Shown here: piece after piece, positions 46,240 through 58,788 of the stretch
Position numbering within the stretch: position 1 is the stretch's first letter
Layout of the letters: every line of letters begins with the position of its first letter
Source: Klebsormidium nitens
Taxonomy: Eukaryota; Plantae; Klebsormidiophyceae
Length of the DNA stretch: 64,000 nt
Direction: 5' to 3'
Assembly (NCBI GenBank): GCA_000708835.1
Contig: DF236987.1
Coordinates: forward strand, 186,001 to 250,000
The notes under the pieces: generated by a model
What the model was told of the DNA's origin: nothing
What the model saw: only the letters and a program-made list of their open reading frames with translations
Database searches by the model: none
Made by a program: the position numbers and the translations under genes

Positions 46240-49200
46240 ATGGTGCAGTTGCCTGAATTGACCACAACTTTGGATCCAAGTTACATCATTCGCCTCCTCC
46301 GCACCTTCCTTGCTCCAGGGATTGAAACTGGAGACAAAAGTCAGGATCCTGCGGCTTCCCAAAGATTGCAGGAGAATGGACATGGGGCGCTTGCACAAGC
46401 ACAGGATTCCAGCGATGGAGCGAAAGATATGGACACTGCAGACCCCTCCTTAGAAGAGAATGGCGAGGGAAGGATTTCGGAAGCTGGGGAAACAGATAGT
46501 GAGACTTTTCAAACAAGGAGTTTACCTACCCCGGCCGAGGCTTCCCCAAAGAATGAGAGCGCTGGCTTGAGGAACTTGAGAGATGATGAGGGCCACCAGT
46601 TGTTGGAAGAAGCGGAGACCGAAAGGCAGGGCGGCAGACGAAGTATGTCTCTTGAGGGGGGCAGGGACGACGAATCACCTGAGGTTTGTCGAGAAGAGGC
46701 TGGGTGCATGCTGTGGGACCTAGCCGCCGATGCCGGCCATGCTCAATTTTTACTCCAACAGAAGATCTGTGACGTTGTGCTTGCGATACTCTCTGCCGCA
46801 CACAGTGATCGATTAGGCGAGATCGCTCTCGGCGTTCTGGCCAATCTTGCGTGTCACAAGGAGACTGCAGGGCAGGCTACGAGGTGGCCTGGGTTGCAAG
46901 CTAGGGTCGTACAGGAACTGGGGGAAATGGACCCCCCAACCTTGACGGAGGTTTGCAGGCTGCTCAGTGCAGGGCTGCATTCTGGTGACAAAATAGAGGA
47001 GGGAGAGGATGGAAATCTTGTAGAGGGGGAGGGGTCAGGCAGAGAAGGGTCGAGCAAGAGTGGGGTTGAAGGGACTGGCCTTGAAAGAGGAGACGCTGCT
47101 AGCTGGGCCGAAGTGCTGCAATCAGCAGAGACTCTGGAGCGGCTCTTGTGGATAGCGGAGAACACCAATCATCCCCCCCTGCAGGAGAAGTCTCTCGAGG
47201 TCTTGCTTGCTCTCCTGACCAAGTTCTCGCCTCTAGTTCTTCCAGAATCTCTAACCCTGGGGTTACCAGCTCGGTTAACCAGAATGTTGCAAGCCCAAGT
47301 AGAAGCGCTAGGGGGTGAGCGGGAAGAGGAGGGGTGCGTGGCGCTAGACCTGTTGCTGCAGATTGGAGAGGCGCTGTCGCTCGATTCTAGAAGTTCTGTT
47401 GTGCTTGTGCAAGACAGCGGACTTTGTGACGCGGTGGGAAATGTGCTCCGGCTGGCGGCAAAAGAAGACCTTGGGTCAGCGGTCGGGAGCGCAACCATTC
47501 TCCTAGCGAACCTGGTGTCCGAAGATCGGGGTTTGGTTGGTCCACTTGCCGAAGGTGAGTCTTTTAACACCGCTTCAATTGCTCAATACCCGCAACTTTG
47601 TGAAGTATCTGTGGACTTGATTCGAGGCGTGGCCTGTGCTTCCGGTCTTGCTGAGGCCTGCTCGAGGTTCTTTTATACGCATATCAGGTACGACGGTTGC
47701 TCAGACGGATTCGTGAAGAGTCGGTTTCGAGGGTGCTTCGCTCTACAGGAAATGCCCGAATGTTTGTCCCTGCGACAGAATACAAACGAGTGCAAACTGG
47801 AATGCACCAACTTCTAGCTCGATAAGCTTGGATAGTCGATAGAAGTTGTAAGTTGATTGTTGAGTGAGTCGAGGTCTATCCGATGTTATTCCTGTCTCGT
47901 AGCGCTTCCGCACCATCTGCTAGCAAACCTTCTTTGCTAAGTTCGAGACAGCAGGATGTATAATGGATTAAGGTTCACGTTGGCATGCTTACTGGCAAGG
48001 TGTTGCGAGTGGTCGCCATACTGAATGGCTAGGAGAATTGCTTTTAAAGTCAAAGGATCTACCCGTCTTGCAAGACTCCCTTGGATCTTAAGAGGCGGGA
48101 CTTCGTTTCCTTCCTGAACACGAGACCTGTGTGCGTCAACCAGTGCAACGTTACTGAATTGGCTGAGGACATTGAGTTCTGCTAGGTCTTCACCTTCCGA
48201 CTGTCATCGAGAAGGCTGGCACAAACAGAGTTGAGTATCCGGACTTCCATCACAAGCTCGGCCACCGCATCACGTTCCAGAGGCTCAGCAGAGATGCTAG
48301 CTCGTCTCGCCTCTTGACGCAGTACTCCCAGAGCGGACCTCGTGTTGACTAAATCACCGGCAGAGTAGCTGACAGGTTGAGAATCTTGGAGAGTCGACCG
48401 CAATCTGACCCCTCTTGACAGCTCTCAGAGTATCTGATGAACGGAAGAAGTGGAAAGGATGCCGCTTTTCGCTCCATAAACGGGTCAGCAGTTCCTACTT
48501 TCTCAAAACCTCCCACCTTGAACCTCTCTTCCAGATCCCCAGTTCCTTGCCGCCTTCCTGCGCGCTTTCTCCCTCCTGGACGACGACTCCGGCGCCCGGG
48601 CCGCCTTCTGGTGCATTCTCACTCAAGCGACGGCCCACCTATTGGGCGAGTGTGAATCGGTACCCCCGGCCGTGCTAGCCGTCGTGGCGGAAGGGGCGGA
48701 AGAACTGGTTCAGCTTATGAACGAGAGTGGCGTGGAAGAAGAGCGAGAGGCTCGGGCAATGCAGCAGCAAGCGGTAAGCTGACTTCCTTGGTGGCTTCCG
48801 GAAACACTGTCAATTTTGAGCTTGACCGGATTTCTGCTTGGCAATTTTCCTTTCGTGTGTTTCGATCGTTAGTTAGCTCGGGGAGACCCTTCAAAAGATT
48901 GTTTGTCACAAGGAGTTTGGCTACTTCCGAGCCTGCCGTCTAACAAGCACACAGATCAAGTGGCTTCAACTGCACACGTTGGTATTTTCCCTTTGTCTTT
49001 CCAGGCCTACCGTCTCTATCTTGCTCGGACCTTGAACTCTCTGTCTCAATGATTGCCTCAGCATTTGAACGGTCACTTGTAGATGCACAGGCTTCCGAGC
49101 GCTCTTATCTTCGATTGCAGGTAGCCAACATCGTTCAATTGCTTCAAGGGCCGCCGCAATCCCCTCCAGCGCAACCGGAGTTTGGTGAGACAGCTTCGCA

Positions 49201-49255
49201 AGGAAGGTTTAGAAGGACAATTGTATCTTTGAAGGATATAAAGTGGGATGATTGA
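46240..49255 (+). CDS. SAAL1-like armadillo-fold protein; 5' end and last exon uncertain
   Basis: Large exon ~46249-47554 with LTTTLDPSYIIRLLR and CREEAGCMLWDLAA...LGEIALGVLANLACH, resembling plant SAAL1-family proteins as I recall them. In-phase exon 48535-48773. Probable terminal exon ending TGA at 49255. Confidence 0.7.
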
Positions 49256-50666
49256 CTTACTGATCTACCAGTCTACAGTGCAGAAAAGCATCTCCAACCG
49301 GCCTGTTGTACCTGTTCTTGTCCACCGGATCCAGCCATTATCCACAATACTGGTAGATTAGTGCATTGGCCGAGCTTGCACTCGGAATGCTAATGCACCT
49401 GAGATGTCAATGTTAGTATGCTTTCAGGTTAATGATCATCACGGCCTGCGAAACTTGGTAAATCTGGTGATTCATCACCTAGGAAGCTAGCTAGAGGGCT
49501 CTATTCCGTCTGCACAAAAGTGCGGACTCATAAAGAATGTATCTTGGTTGCAATATAATCGTGCACAATCGAAGTAGTTTTGTTACTTCACAAATCGCCA
49601 CTATTGTGCGTGTGTTGTTGCCCGCCAGCCTGCGGCCTCAGGTCTCATGTCCAACGTGCACCAGAGCGAGGGCGGCATAGATTAATTGTGCAGGTTTCAA
49701 GTCCATATGGATCAACCATGAGCTGACAACCAGGACGGTACCGTCACACCCGGAAGCCATGATAGGATGACGCTGATTCCATAATGAGTAAGGGCTTCTA
49801 TATCAACGCCGTAGCCGTTGTGCTGAGCACGGCTCACATGGCAGATGCTATAGGTTCTTGTATACACGTGCATTGGCCGGGACAGAGACGAACCACACAG
49901 TCTGAAAGCAAGAGTACGTGTATACGAATGGAAGTCTTTGCTGCAAATGTTGTGCAATCAGCCCGTGGCATGTTGAAGCACCAAGACATGCAATGATGCA
50001 GGCATGTGCTCCATTCACTTGGGACATGTCACTGACTTCTAGCACTAGCTTGTCATGGGTGAACCCGATTGAACACCTTCCTGAAGGCTGAGAGTGCGGG
50101 AGGACGTGGTCCGGCAAAGAGCACGCCAGCCCCCTTAAAGCGCAGTTCGAAGTGAGGAGAAGCGTTTGCACAATCACTGCAGACCAGCGTTCCGGAAGTC
50201 CTGCCAGGACTAGTAAGGAGCTCTAGCTGGTGCGGTAATTGGAACTTAGCCCAGTCTCCCAGTCTGCAGAGAATCCCGAGTAGAGCCACACGAAAGCTGC
50301 CACGTAGCCAGAAAGTGGATTAAGGGAAACTACCGAGCCATCCGATCGTCAGATTTGCAATTCATATCCGCCATCCATCTTGCCAAATCAGCGCAAGTCG
50401 AACCTGAGCCGCATGAATATTCTGTGGTCCGACCGGGCAGGTTCACACCAAGCGTCTCGCAGGCGTAATTGTGTTTTGCTAAAGTGGTGTTAATAGACGC
50501 ATTTTGAGGATGCTGCATCACGCATTGTTGCTGCATTGCATTTTGAAGCAAGGTGCTGTACTGGAGAGATCTTGCAGAACAGATCCAACAGGAAGAAGAA
50601 ACCTTTGTCAACGCGCCCTTTACCTCAGAAAGACAATACAGAAAGGCCCCAGGATCCACTGAAATC

Positions 50667-53600
50667 ATGGCTTCCAGCGTTGCTCTTCGGGTGTCCTCCG
50701 CTGGCGCTGCCTTTGCTGCGCAGACTAGGAGCTCAGCAAGGCCCACACAGGCCAGCTTGGCGACCCCTTTCCTTGGACAGAGGGTGAATGTGCCTTCTGC
50801 AAAGGCTCAGAAGGTCAAGGCACAGAAGGCCAAGACGCACAAGCTTGCTGTCTTTGCCAAGCAGGTCGAGGTCCCGAGCATTGAGTCCCAGGTAAGATGC
50901 CCCGGCTGGGTGATTAGATTGGGGGTGGTTACTTGACGCTACAAGATTTGACATTGCTCTTACGCGCAGTAATTCTCGTACAATCTGGTAGAGATCAGCC
51001 GTTGTGTATGTCAACGCGCTCGATCGCCTTTGCACGGGTTCTGCAATGCATTACAAAATGTTGCACAATGACGCTCCAAACCTGAAGGATTTTACTCAAC
51101 TTGGTGCTACAATGGTGAAAACACGACCTCTGGTTGAGAGGAGGAAATGAGAAGGGGAGCACTAGCTAGTCGGTGCAATCTGAGTGGAGACATTGAGGAG
51201 AACCTCCAAATCTCCTGGATCCCACTGAGAAGTCGCTAAGAAACCAAGTCCTGAGGGGGAAAAGTTCGTTACATTTACCTTTCTCGGGCTGCGAAAGCTG
51301 CTTTTTGCATGCAAGCGACAAAGGACACAACACTTTCTGCATGTAGGTTTGACAGAAATTTGAGTTTGTTACGGTGTGGTCACACTTCAGTGCTGATCTA
51401 GCCTTGCGATGATCCCCAGGGGTTTTCTGATGGCCATCGGTAAGCAATCAGCAAGTCTGGAGAATGAGCGTTTCTTTTCCACTGCAGTCACTAAGTAAAT
51501 TACCCAGCAGAAATCTGGTTTGCTGACTGTGATCCTGAACGGACAAAATGCATTGGACCAAGTGTTTTCACGCACCACATTTTTATGCATTCTTCAGACA
51601 GGGACCAAATATCCTGGGTTCTGCTGCCACTCTGCAGATTGTCGAGCAGATTCTTAAAGGTTTGAAGACCTGTATTTAGACTAAGCAACGAGTTTGCATG
51701 TACTGCTTAAGGTTGGACGGGATATGTTTCCTTTTGAGGAGAGATGGTCTGGCTAAACCGCTAATCTTCACCGCAGATGTGCCTTGAGTCTGCTAACACA
51801 TCCAAGTCGTCTGTCGTTGATTTTTTGAAAGTTCCCGCCGCAGTTAGGTCCGCTTATAAACTAGCTGAGCCCTGGAAGCTCCAAGGGGAGACATTCATGT
51901 CATCCGCAACCTGAGTCCGGCTTGACTGCTTCGCAAAAGGCTGAAATATTGAAATGTGGCCTTTGCTGCACCAATCAAGCACCACCGAGCCGTACTGGCT
52001 GTGAGGAACTCAAAACCCCTCTGAAATTTTCACATTTGAACAAGTACCGGACCAGAAACAGCCCAATTCTGCACAGCTACTACAATCCTCCTTTCTCATT
52101 GATGCTCTCTCTTATATAGGGCAATGCCGCCTCCAGCCCCCAGGCGGCAACCTCCACCGCCACCGACCGCAAGGCCGGCCTCAACGACGTTGACAAGTCT
52201 GAGTTCAAGGGCAAGACCGTGTTTGTGAGGTCTGACCTGAATGTGCCTCTGAAGGTGAGATTGGCTGCATTCGCTGCTCAGCTAACAACCAGCTCACCAT
52301 ATGGAACCGATTGCCTTTGCTTGAGTTTGCTTCTCTTGGCCGCTGAGTCTCGTCAATCACACTTGATTTAGACCGCTCATTTGATCAGCATCATTCAGAT
52401 TTCAGTACATTCCAGGTGAACTCACTCACTCACACTGAGCCAATCTACTCCATCCTTGCTCTGTAAAGTGCATCATCCAATGCAAAACCAGATACCGCTT
52501 CTGGTACCGTTGCATGCCTTGCATTCTCCGTCCGATCAAACCCTGCAGTCAAAGTTGCTTCAGCTTCTTTAGAAATCGAACTCTTTCCGCCTGCAGGACG
52601 GCAAGATCACTGACGACACCAGGATCCGCGCTTCTGTCCCCACTCTTAAGTACCTCAGCGAGGCCGGAGCCAGGGTGGTGGTGTCCAGCCACTTGGGCCG
52701 CCCCAAGGATGGCCCTGAGGACAAGTTCAGACTGACCCCTGTTGCTGGTGAGACTACCGTAGCCTCCATTTCAACAGTGCTACTTGGAAAGGAAAGAACG
52801 AAACACTGTGCAGGGCAGGGAGCTCCACACATTAGAATGCTGAAGTTGGAGAAACCTTGACAATGCTCAGGTGAACGAAGAATACTGACGAGTTCCGGTT
52901 CCTACCCCTGGGTGCTACTAATCTAGGGTTCTGGGAAGTTGCTGTTGCACAACCCAACTGCAGCTGTCACACTATGTCAGCCAGCGCTAGGACTCTGCTT
53001 AGACGGTTGCAGAAGATTAACTGAAGTGCCCTTAGATAACCAGCTTGTATCAACCGCTTCTTTCAGACTGACCAATGAGCAATGCTGAGGGGTTGGAGCA
53101 CCTTTGAAAGCCAATTTCATACTCTCGCTCTCCGATAAGAGCAAGATATTCCAGCTGTACATATCCTGTCAGCACGAACTAACTCAATTCATCAATCTTC
53201 TCCAACCAAGTCAATTTGCCGGCGAACTTTTGCCAATCCTTATCCACTACTTGCAAGCACTCCCCCCACACCACCTATTCTGACATGAGCAAGGATGCGT
53301 CTTTGATCCATACGATGAAGACACGCCAGATTTTACTGCTAAGAGCCCCTAAGTCGCTCCCCAGGTGAGCCATTTACCTGGGACCTATTCGTTCCGGATA
53401 GTGCAGACCTGCAAGCAACTTTAGATGTGGCTTTCAATGCTGGACATCAGTTGACATTTGGTGGGTTTACTTTGTCCAGAGCGCCTGTCTGAGCTGATCG
53501 GATTCAAGGTGGAGAAGGCCAACGACTCCATTGGTGATGAGGTGCAGAAGCAGATCAAGGACCTGAAGGACGGTGGGGTAAGTCATACCGTCTTTGTCAG

Positions 53601-56600
53601 CTTTTAAGTGCTTAGAAAGGGTTAGGAGTGATGGTGGTGCAGGTTTTAAGGGTTGTGCTGCAAGTAGCAGTGCAATCTATTGCAGACCCTCAAGCCGACC
53701 GCCGATGTCGTTCAGAACGTTGGTGAAGCATTTGTTAAAGTAGAGTCTGCTGGGTCTTACAGTACGGCCATCTCAGCATCACTTGTGTCATCTTACTGAC
53801 ATCGCTCCTTTGGAGACAAGTCATGTCATTGGTCAGGAGTTTCGGCTCCGCTCTCTCAATGTCTGTCACTTCCCATTATGTCTCTTCTGCCTCAGTCTGG
53901 AAACATTGAAGTTCAGCACAGAGACCAGATTCTAGACAACGTAAAGCTTCTACAGTTGGAAGGTACCCAGCAGGAGGATTTAGTGGTTGGATGTGGAGAG
54001 GAAATGGCGGACTGCTAGGGCCTGAGAGTTGATATACGCACAAATGAGTTAAATCGATTCTTCCCAGCCTGCTTCTCCCTTGACTTGGTCATTGAATTAG
54101 ATTGACCGTTTGTCTCCTCACATCGACTTCTGTAAAATCCGGCCTCCCCCAGCCAATTCTGTAACGGACATTCTGCGCTTTTTCAGGGCAGCGAAGAACA
54201 ACACAACCCCCATGTTTACACCCTAGCTGATAGTACAATAAGCTTCTGAGCCTCCTAGCTTACGAAAGTAGTGAAAGGACTCAGCCAGCCTTTTTTCTCC
54301 AGGTCCTCCTGCTAGAGACCGTGCGCTTCTACAAGGTGGAGGAGATTGATTTAGCCACACTCCTAACTTCTCTGACCTTACAATGAAGCACTGGCCTACG
54401 TACACAAGTCTGAGTAGACTCAGGCGGCCTTCGTCCCGCCACTTGCTACTTCCAGCTAGGAGACAAGCCCAAGGAGATCGACCTAAAACTCGTTTAATAT
54501 TAACTTTAACTTTATGATCACCCTTTAGCCTCCTCGTCAAAGTTTCTCAACCGGCCTTCCTCCCGCCGCCAGGTCCTCCTTCTGGAAAACGTCCGCTTCT
54601 ACAAGGAGGAGGAGAAGAACGACCCCGAGCACGCCAAGGCCCTCGGCAAGGGCATCGACTACTTCGTGAACGATGCCTTCGGTACCGCGCACAGGGCGCA
54701 CGCCTCGACTGCCGGGATTGCTAACTACGTGACAAGGAGTATTGCCGGGTTCTTGCTGGAGAAGGAGTTGGCGTACCTCGAGGGAGCCGTGAAGGCGCCC
54801 AAGAGGCCGTTCGTCGCCATTGTGAGTCGTCGTTCTGGTTGTTTCTCGCACTGTTTTGGCTTACCGCCTGCAATAGCATCGTAGGGACAAGAATTGAGTT
54901 GTCTGCCTCGACCATCATGCATGATCGTGTTTGATACCCAGAGCTTATTGACCTGTTGTGTCATCAATCTAGGAGAGTAGCTTGACCGTCACATCCACCT
55001 TTTTCTTTTGTTAACCTCGAAGCACATCGGGTAACGCTGAACGGCCTGGATGCAGTAGTCATCTTGCATATGATCAAATACCAGCCCGGTTGCTCCGGAT
55101 GTACCCCACTTGTGAAAAACGCAAGGGAGTGGAGTGGTGCTCCTTTCGCGATCCTTCTTGGAAAGCTGAAGTCGACATGAGCTTCCTTCTTCGATTGCTT
55201 TCTTTGTCCAGGACTCTGCGCCGTCGTTCCTTTGGTAGTTTAAGCACCGATCGACTAGAACTACAGTTGTTTTTATGATTTTCTCATAACCCCTTTTCGT
55301 GTTCCTGGCAGGTCGGAGGAAGCAAGGTGTCCTCGAAGATCGGAGTCATCGAGTCCCTCATCGGATCAGTTGACAAGATCATCCTGGGCGGAGGCATGAT
55401 CTTCACCTTCTACAAGTCACGAGGCCTTGCAGTGAGTGCTCATTCCTGCTGCCTAATTCTGCCTCAAGACTTGCTAATCACAATGTGTTCCTCCTTTTGT
55501 CGTACTCGATTTACTCGAACGCTCCGTCTCAAAAGTTCGATGTACCTAAACTCCAGGAGTCCCCATGCACCATCTTGTCTTCTTAAGGGCGAAGCTTGAT
55601 GCAGTCCTTTTCCTTCGCTTTTTGTCTGTTTTTGAGAAGATTGCCCCAGTGACGATAGCGCAGGCGTGGCTGGCTGCATCAAATTCCCACAACACCGATT
55701 TGCACCCGCTTCAAGCGATGATTTGGTCCCTTTCGTTCTCTGCCTAAGAGATTCAGTCACATGGTCGTCCAGAAAATGGTGATCACCTCCCGGTGGTCTG
55801 GGATACTTCAAAAGTTCCTCGAGTTGCGCACTTCACCAATAGGGCCAAAATGACATCATGTTTGTCCGAATGCAGAATGCATCGTTGACCGTATTGCGAG
55901 CCTCTTTTAACCCACGCGTTAACCTACGTCCTGACCCAACTTACGTCTTAACCCGTCTTCCCCAGGTGGGTTCCTCCCTGGTCGAGGATAACAAGCTGGA
56001 CCTGGAGCATTCGCTTTCAAAAAACATGCTTGCCTAAGTTGCGCAGTCATCACTAAGTTCCCCTAACCCACTCGCAAAGTCAACAACATCCTCTCTTAAG
56101 TATACGTCCTGACTTAACCCGTTTTCGCAGGTGGGTTCCTCCCTGGTCGAGGAGGACAAGCTGCACCTGGCCCCTTTGCTTCCGAAGGTGGTTCTTCCAG
56201 AGTTGTTCATTTTAGCAATTACCCCGCTGGATTATAAAATCAACGCCCCTTAACCTGCTTGGTAACCGACGCCTTAACCCGTTTTCGCAGGTGGGTTCCT
56301 CCCTGGTTGAGGAGGACAAGCTGGAGCTGGCCAAGGAGCTCACCAAGATGGCCGAAGAGAAGGGCGTCGAGCTCATTCTGCCCACTGACGTCGTTGTTGC
56401 CGACAAGTTCGCTGAAGACGCCGAAAACAAGACCGTGAAGGTGGAGGAGATCCCGGAGGGTGAGTCGGTTGAGATACTCCTAAACCTTAGGTAGGATAGT
56501 AACAGTCCCCGGGAGAAAACAAGACTAAAACCAAACCAAGAACTACACCCGCTCCGCACTCGTACCCACCCTAACCCCCAGATCAACCCCACCCCTTCCC

Positions 56601-57783
56601 TGGGCCTTGACCATATCCTACCTAAAACTATCCTACCAAACTAGAGGTCTATTCGGTTGAGAACCATACGCTGGGTCTGAGAGTGGTCGACATAGCTTCG
56701 GTGGTTAGAACCGTCTGCTTTCGTTCAACTTGCCTTTGCACAGCCGTGTCAGTTGACTGGGACGGAGACGCCGTTAATTCTGCTTCTTGGGTGCAGAATT
56801 GACGGCTTGGACCTACCTCTTGGGACATCGAACCCTTGCTATACACGAGCTCTGTTTGAAGAACGGGCTATTTGAAGAGTCAAGTTGCACATGCTTTCGC
56901 AACGGACTGAACGAACTCGATTGGTAACCGGCGGCACTATGGACAGTAATCAAAGCAGGCGGCAGCCATCACAAGTCGAGAAAGCCAATGAACGGTTCAA
57001 AAATGCTGATCAAGGGTTGAAAGTTCCGATCAACGGCTAAAAGGCCTGCTCGTTCTGTTGCCTGCAGGCTGGATGGGTCTGGATATCGGCCCTGACTCGA
57101 TCAAGGCCTTCCAGTCTGCTTTGGACGGTGCCAAGGTGAGCCTTTCGGGCGCTCTTCACTCTTTCACGTATCCAAGCGTTTATTCACCGCCCTGAGCTGC
57201 TTCTGATCGAGAAAGTTTCTCTCGCCCGTTCTGCATGTTGCATCGTCACTCATGTCCATGTATGCCTTGTGAGTCGGTATTCTGACGTGAATGAGATCGA
57301 AGGTGGTCTCGCAAGCCAAGCCATTCAGGATCTTGAGATCATCCGACAAAATGGTTTTTGATAGCTCTCCAAAGCAGTTTTCTGGCAGATGTATACCTTC
57401 TGCCAGTCCTCGGCCGAGCATCGTGCATTCTTATTTTATTTTATTTTATTGCAGGTTTTCTAAAAGGGAATATCACATAATAAAAATAATGATAATCTCT
57501 TTCCTTTCTGCAGACCGTCCTGTGGAACGGCCCCATGGGCGTGTTCGAGTACGAAGCATTCGCCAAGGGCACCTACGGCATTGCGCACACGCTCAAGGAC
57601 TTGACGGCGGCCGGCGCCATTACCATCATTGGAGGAGGCGACTCCGTGGCTGCAGTGGAGAAGGCTGGACTCGCCCAATACATGAGCCACATCTCCACCG
57701 GAGGAGGCGCCAGCTTGGAGCTTCTAGAGGGCAAGGTCTTGCCAGGTGTCGCCGCCCTCGACAACGTCCAGGTTCACGCTTAG
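50667..57783 (+). CDS. PGK: Phosphoglycerate kinase, plastid-targeted, 9 exons, ~494 aa
   Basis: Exons 50667-50891, 52120-52254, 52597-52747, 53480-53577, 54573-54821, 55312-55431, 56291-56459, 57068-57135, 57514-57783; total 1485 nt. Motifs [65 protein letters not shown]. Ser/Ala-rich transit peptide. Confidence 0.97.
54290..54350 (+). repeat. Copy of the PGK exon-5 acceptor junction
   Basis: ccag|gtcctcctgctagagaccgtgcgcttctacaaggtggaggag versus the real ccag|GTCCTCCTTCTGGAAAACGTCCGCTTCTACAAGGAGGAGGAG at 54573. Confidence 0.85.
55920..56190 (+). repeat. Two ~160-bp-spaced copies of the PGK exon-7 acceptor junction
   Basis: cttaacccg...cag|gtgggttcctccctggtcgagga.(a/g)acaagctg.acctgg at acceptors 55965 and 56130; real acceptor at 56290. 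Confidence 0.92.
56487..56640. mobile_element. MITE-like hairpin element in PGK intron 7, related to the 40475-40638 element
   Basis: Perfect 12-bp inverted repeat ttaggtaggata (56487-56498) / tatcctacctaa (56614-56625). Internal cccgctccgcac(t/c)cgtacccaccct is shared with 40551-40575. Confidence 0.55.
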
Positions 57784-58788
57784 ATGTCCTGTGTTGTGCG
57801 ACGAGTAGAGTAGGAAGCACTTCGTTTTTGAGACGGGCCAAAGGTAAACAGGTACTGCAGGCTGCTACTATGATCAGGCACGCCGGACGCTCTTGAAGGA
57901 CGATAAATATGTCCGACGAGCTGTTGGCCACATCGGCTGAGAGTAAATTGCTTTTGCTTCGACCCGCACTGGAATCAATGTCACTGTCAGATTCAAATTG
58001 GTTGCGTGGCTTCCTTTGCGCAGCTGCGCTGGGCAGCAGATCCATCATTGCTAGCCATGTTAATGAATGCTGGGGTCATGGGAGCACGAATATAGTCACT
58101 GACGCAACGCATAAGCACTTTGTAATCAAAGGCTCCACAAATTGAAGTCACATAAGCCTGGCTCCTGGCATATGCCGCCATATTCGACGTCATGCATGTA
58201 TTGTCACCATTTCATTCACACTGCGCAGCATCCTGCCGAGCTGGTGCGTGACGTCGGAATGTAGCTAGCTAGGCTTAAGAGCTCGAACATGTTCACGGTC
58301 ACTCATGGTGCCCCATGCATCACCGGTGCGCACGGGGCACTGGTCACTACGCTGCATTCAATGATTCGAGCGTAGTTCGCAGCATTTGAGCGTAGTACGT
58401 GCAGCATGTGCGATCGGCCGGCTATATATCCTAATTGCCAATTTACATGTTGACTGCCCAGGGTCGCCGCATGCCATGATGCAGTGTCACTTGAGAGAAA
58501 CTGACGAGCTACTTGGTGCATGCAGCATATAATTTAGCACATACTTGGATTGCAGGACTCCAGCAATGGCGCCCAACTCAACAAAGGCAGCTGGTTTGCC
58601 CTCGCAGAGCAGTCTTCGTAGAAGCGATGCAGACCGAGTGATGGCAGCATACCAAGGGAGATCTTGGATAATGCTGTAAGACCACACGTTGCAAAAGGCC
58701 GCCCCCTCCGTTACGTCATTCAATCGAAGTTTTACCTTTACAAGAAGATATACCTTACTAATGTGCGAGTAGCAGTCACTATGTGCGA

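Noticed and set aside
48995-49115. Possible further acceptor echo or alternative last exon in the SAAL1-like gene
   Set aside because: Similarity between the two candidate acceptors (~49005 and ~49090) is too weak to support.
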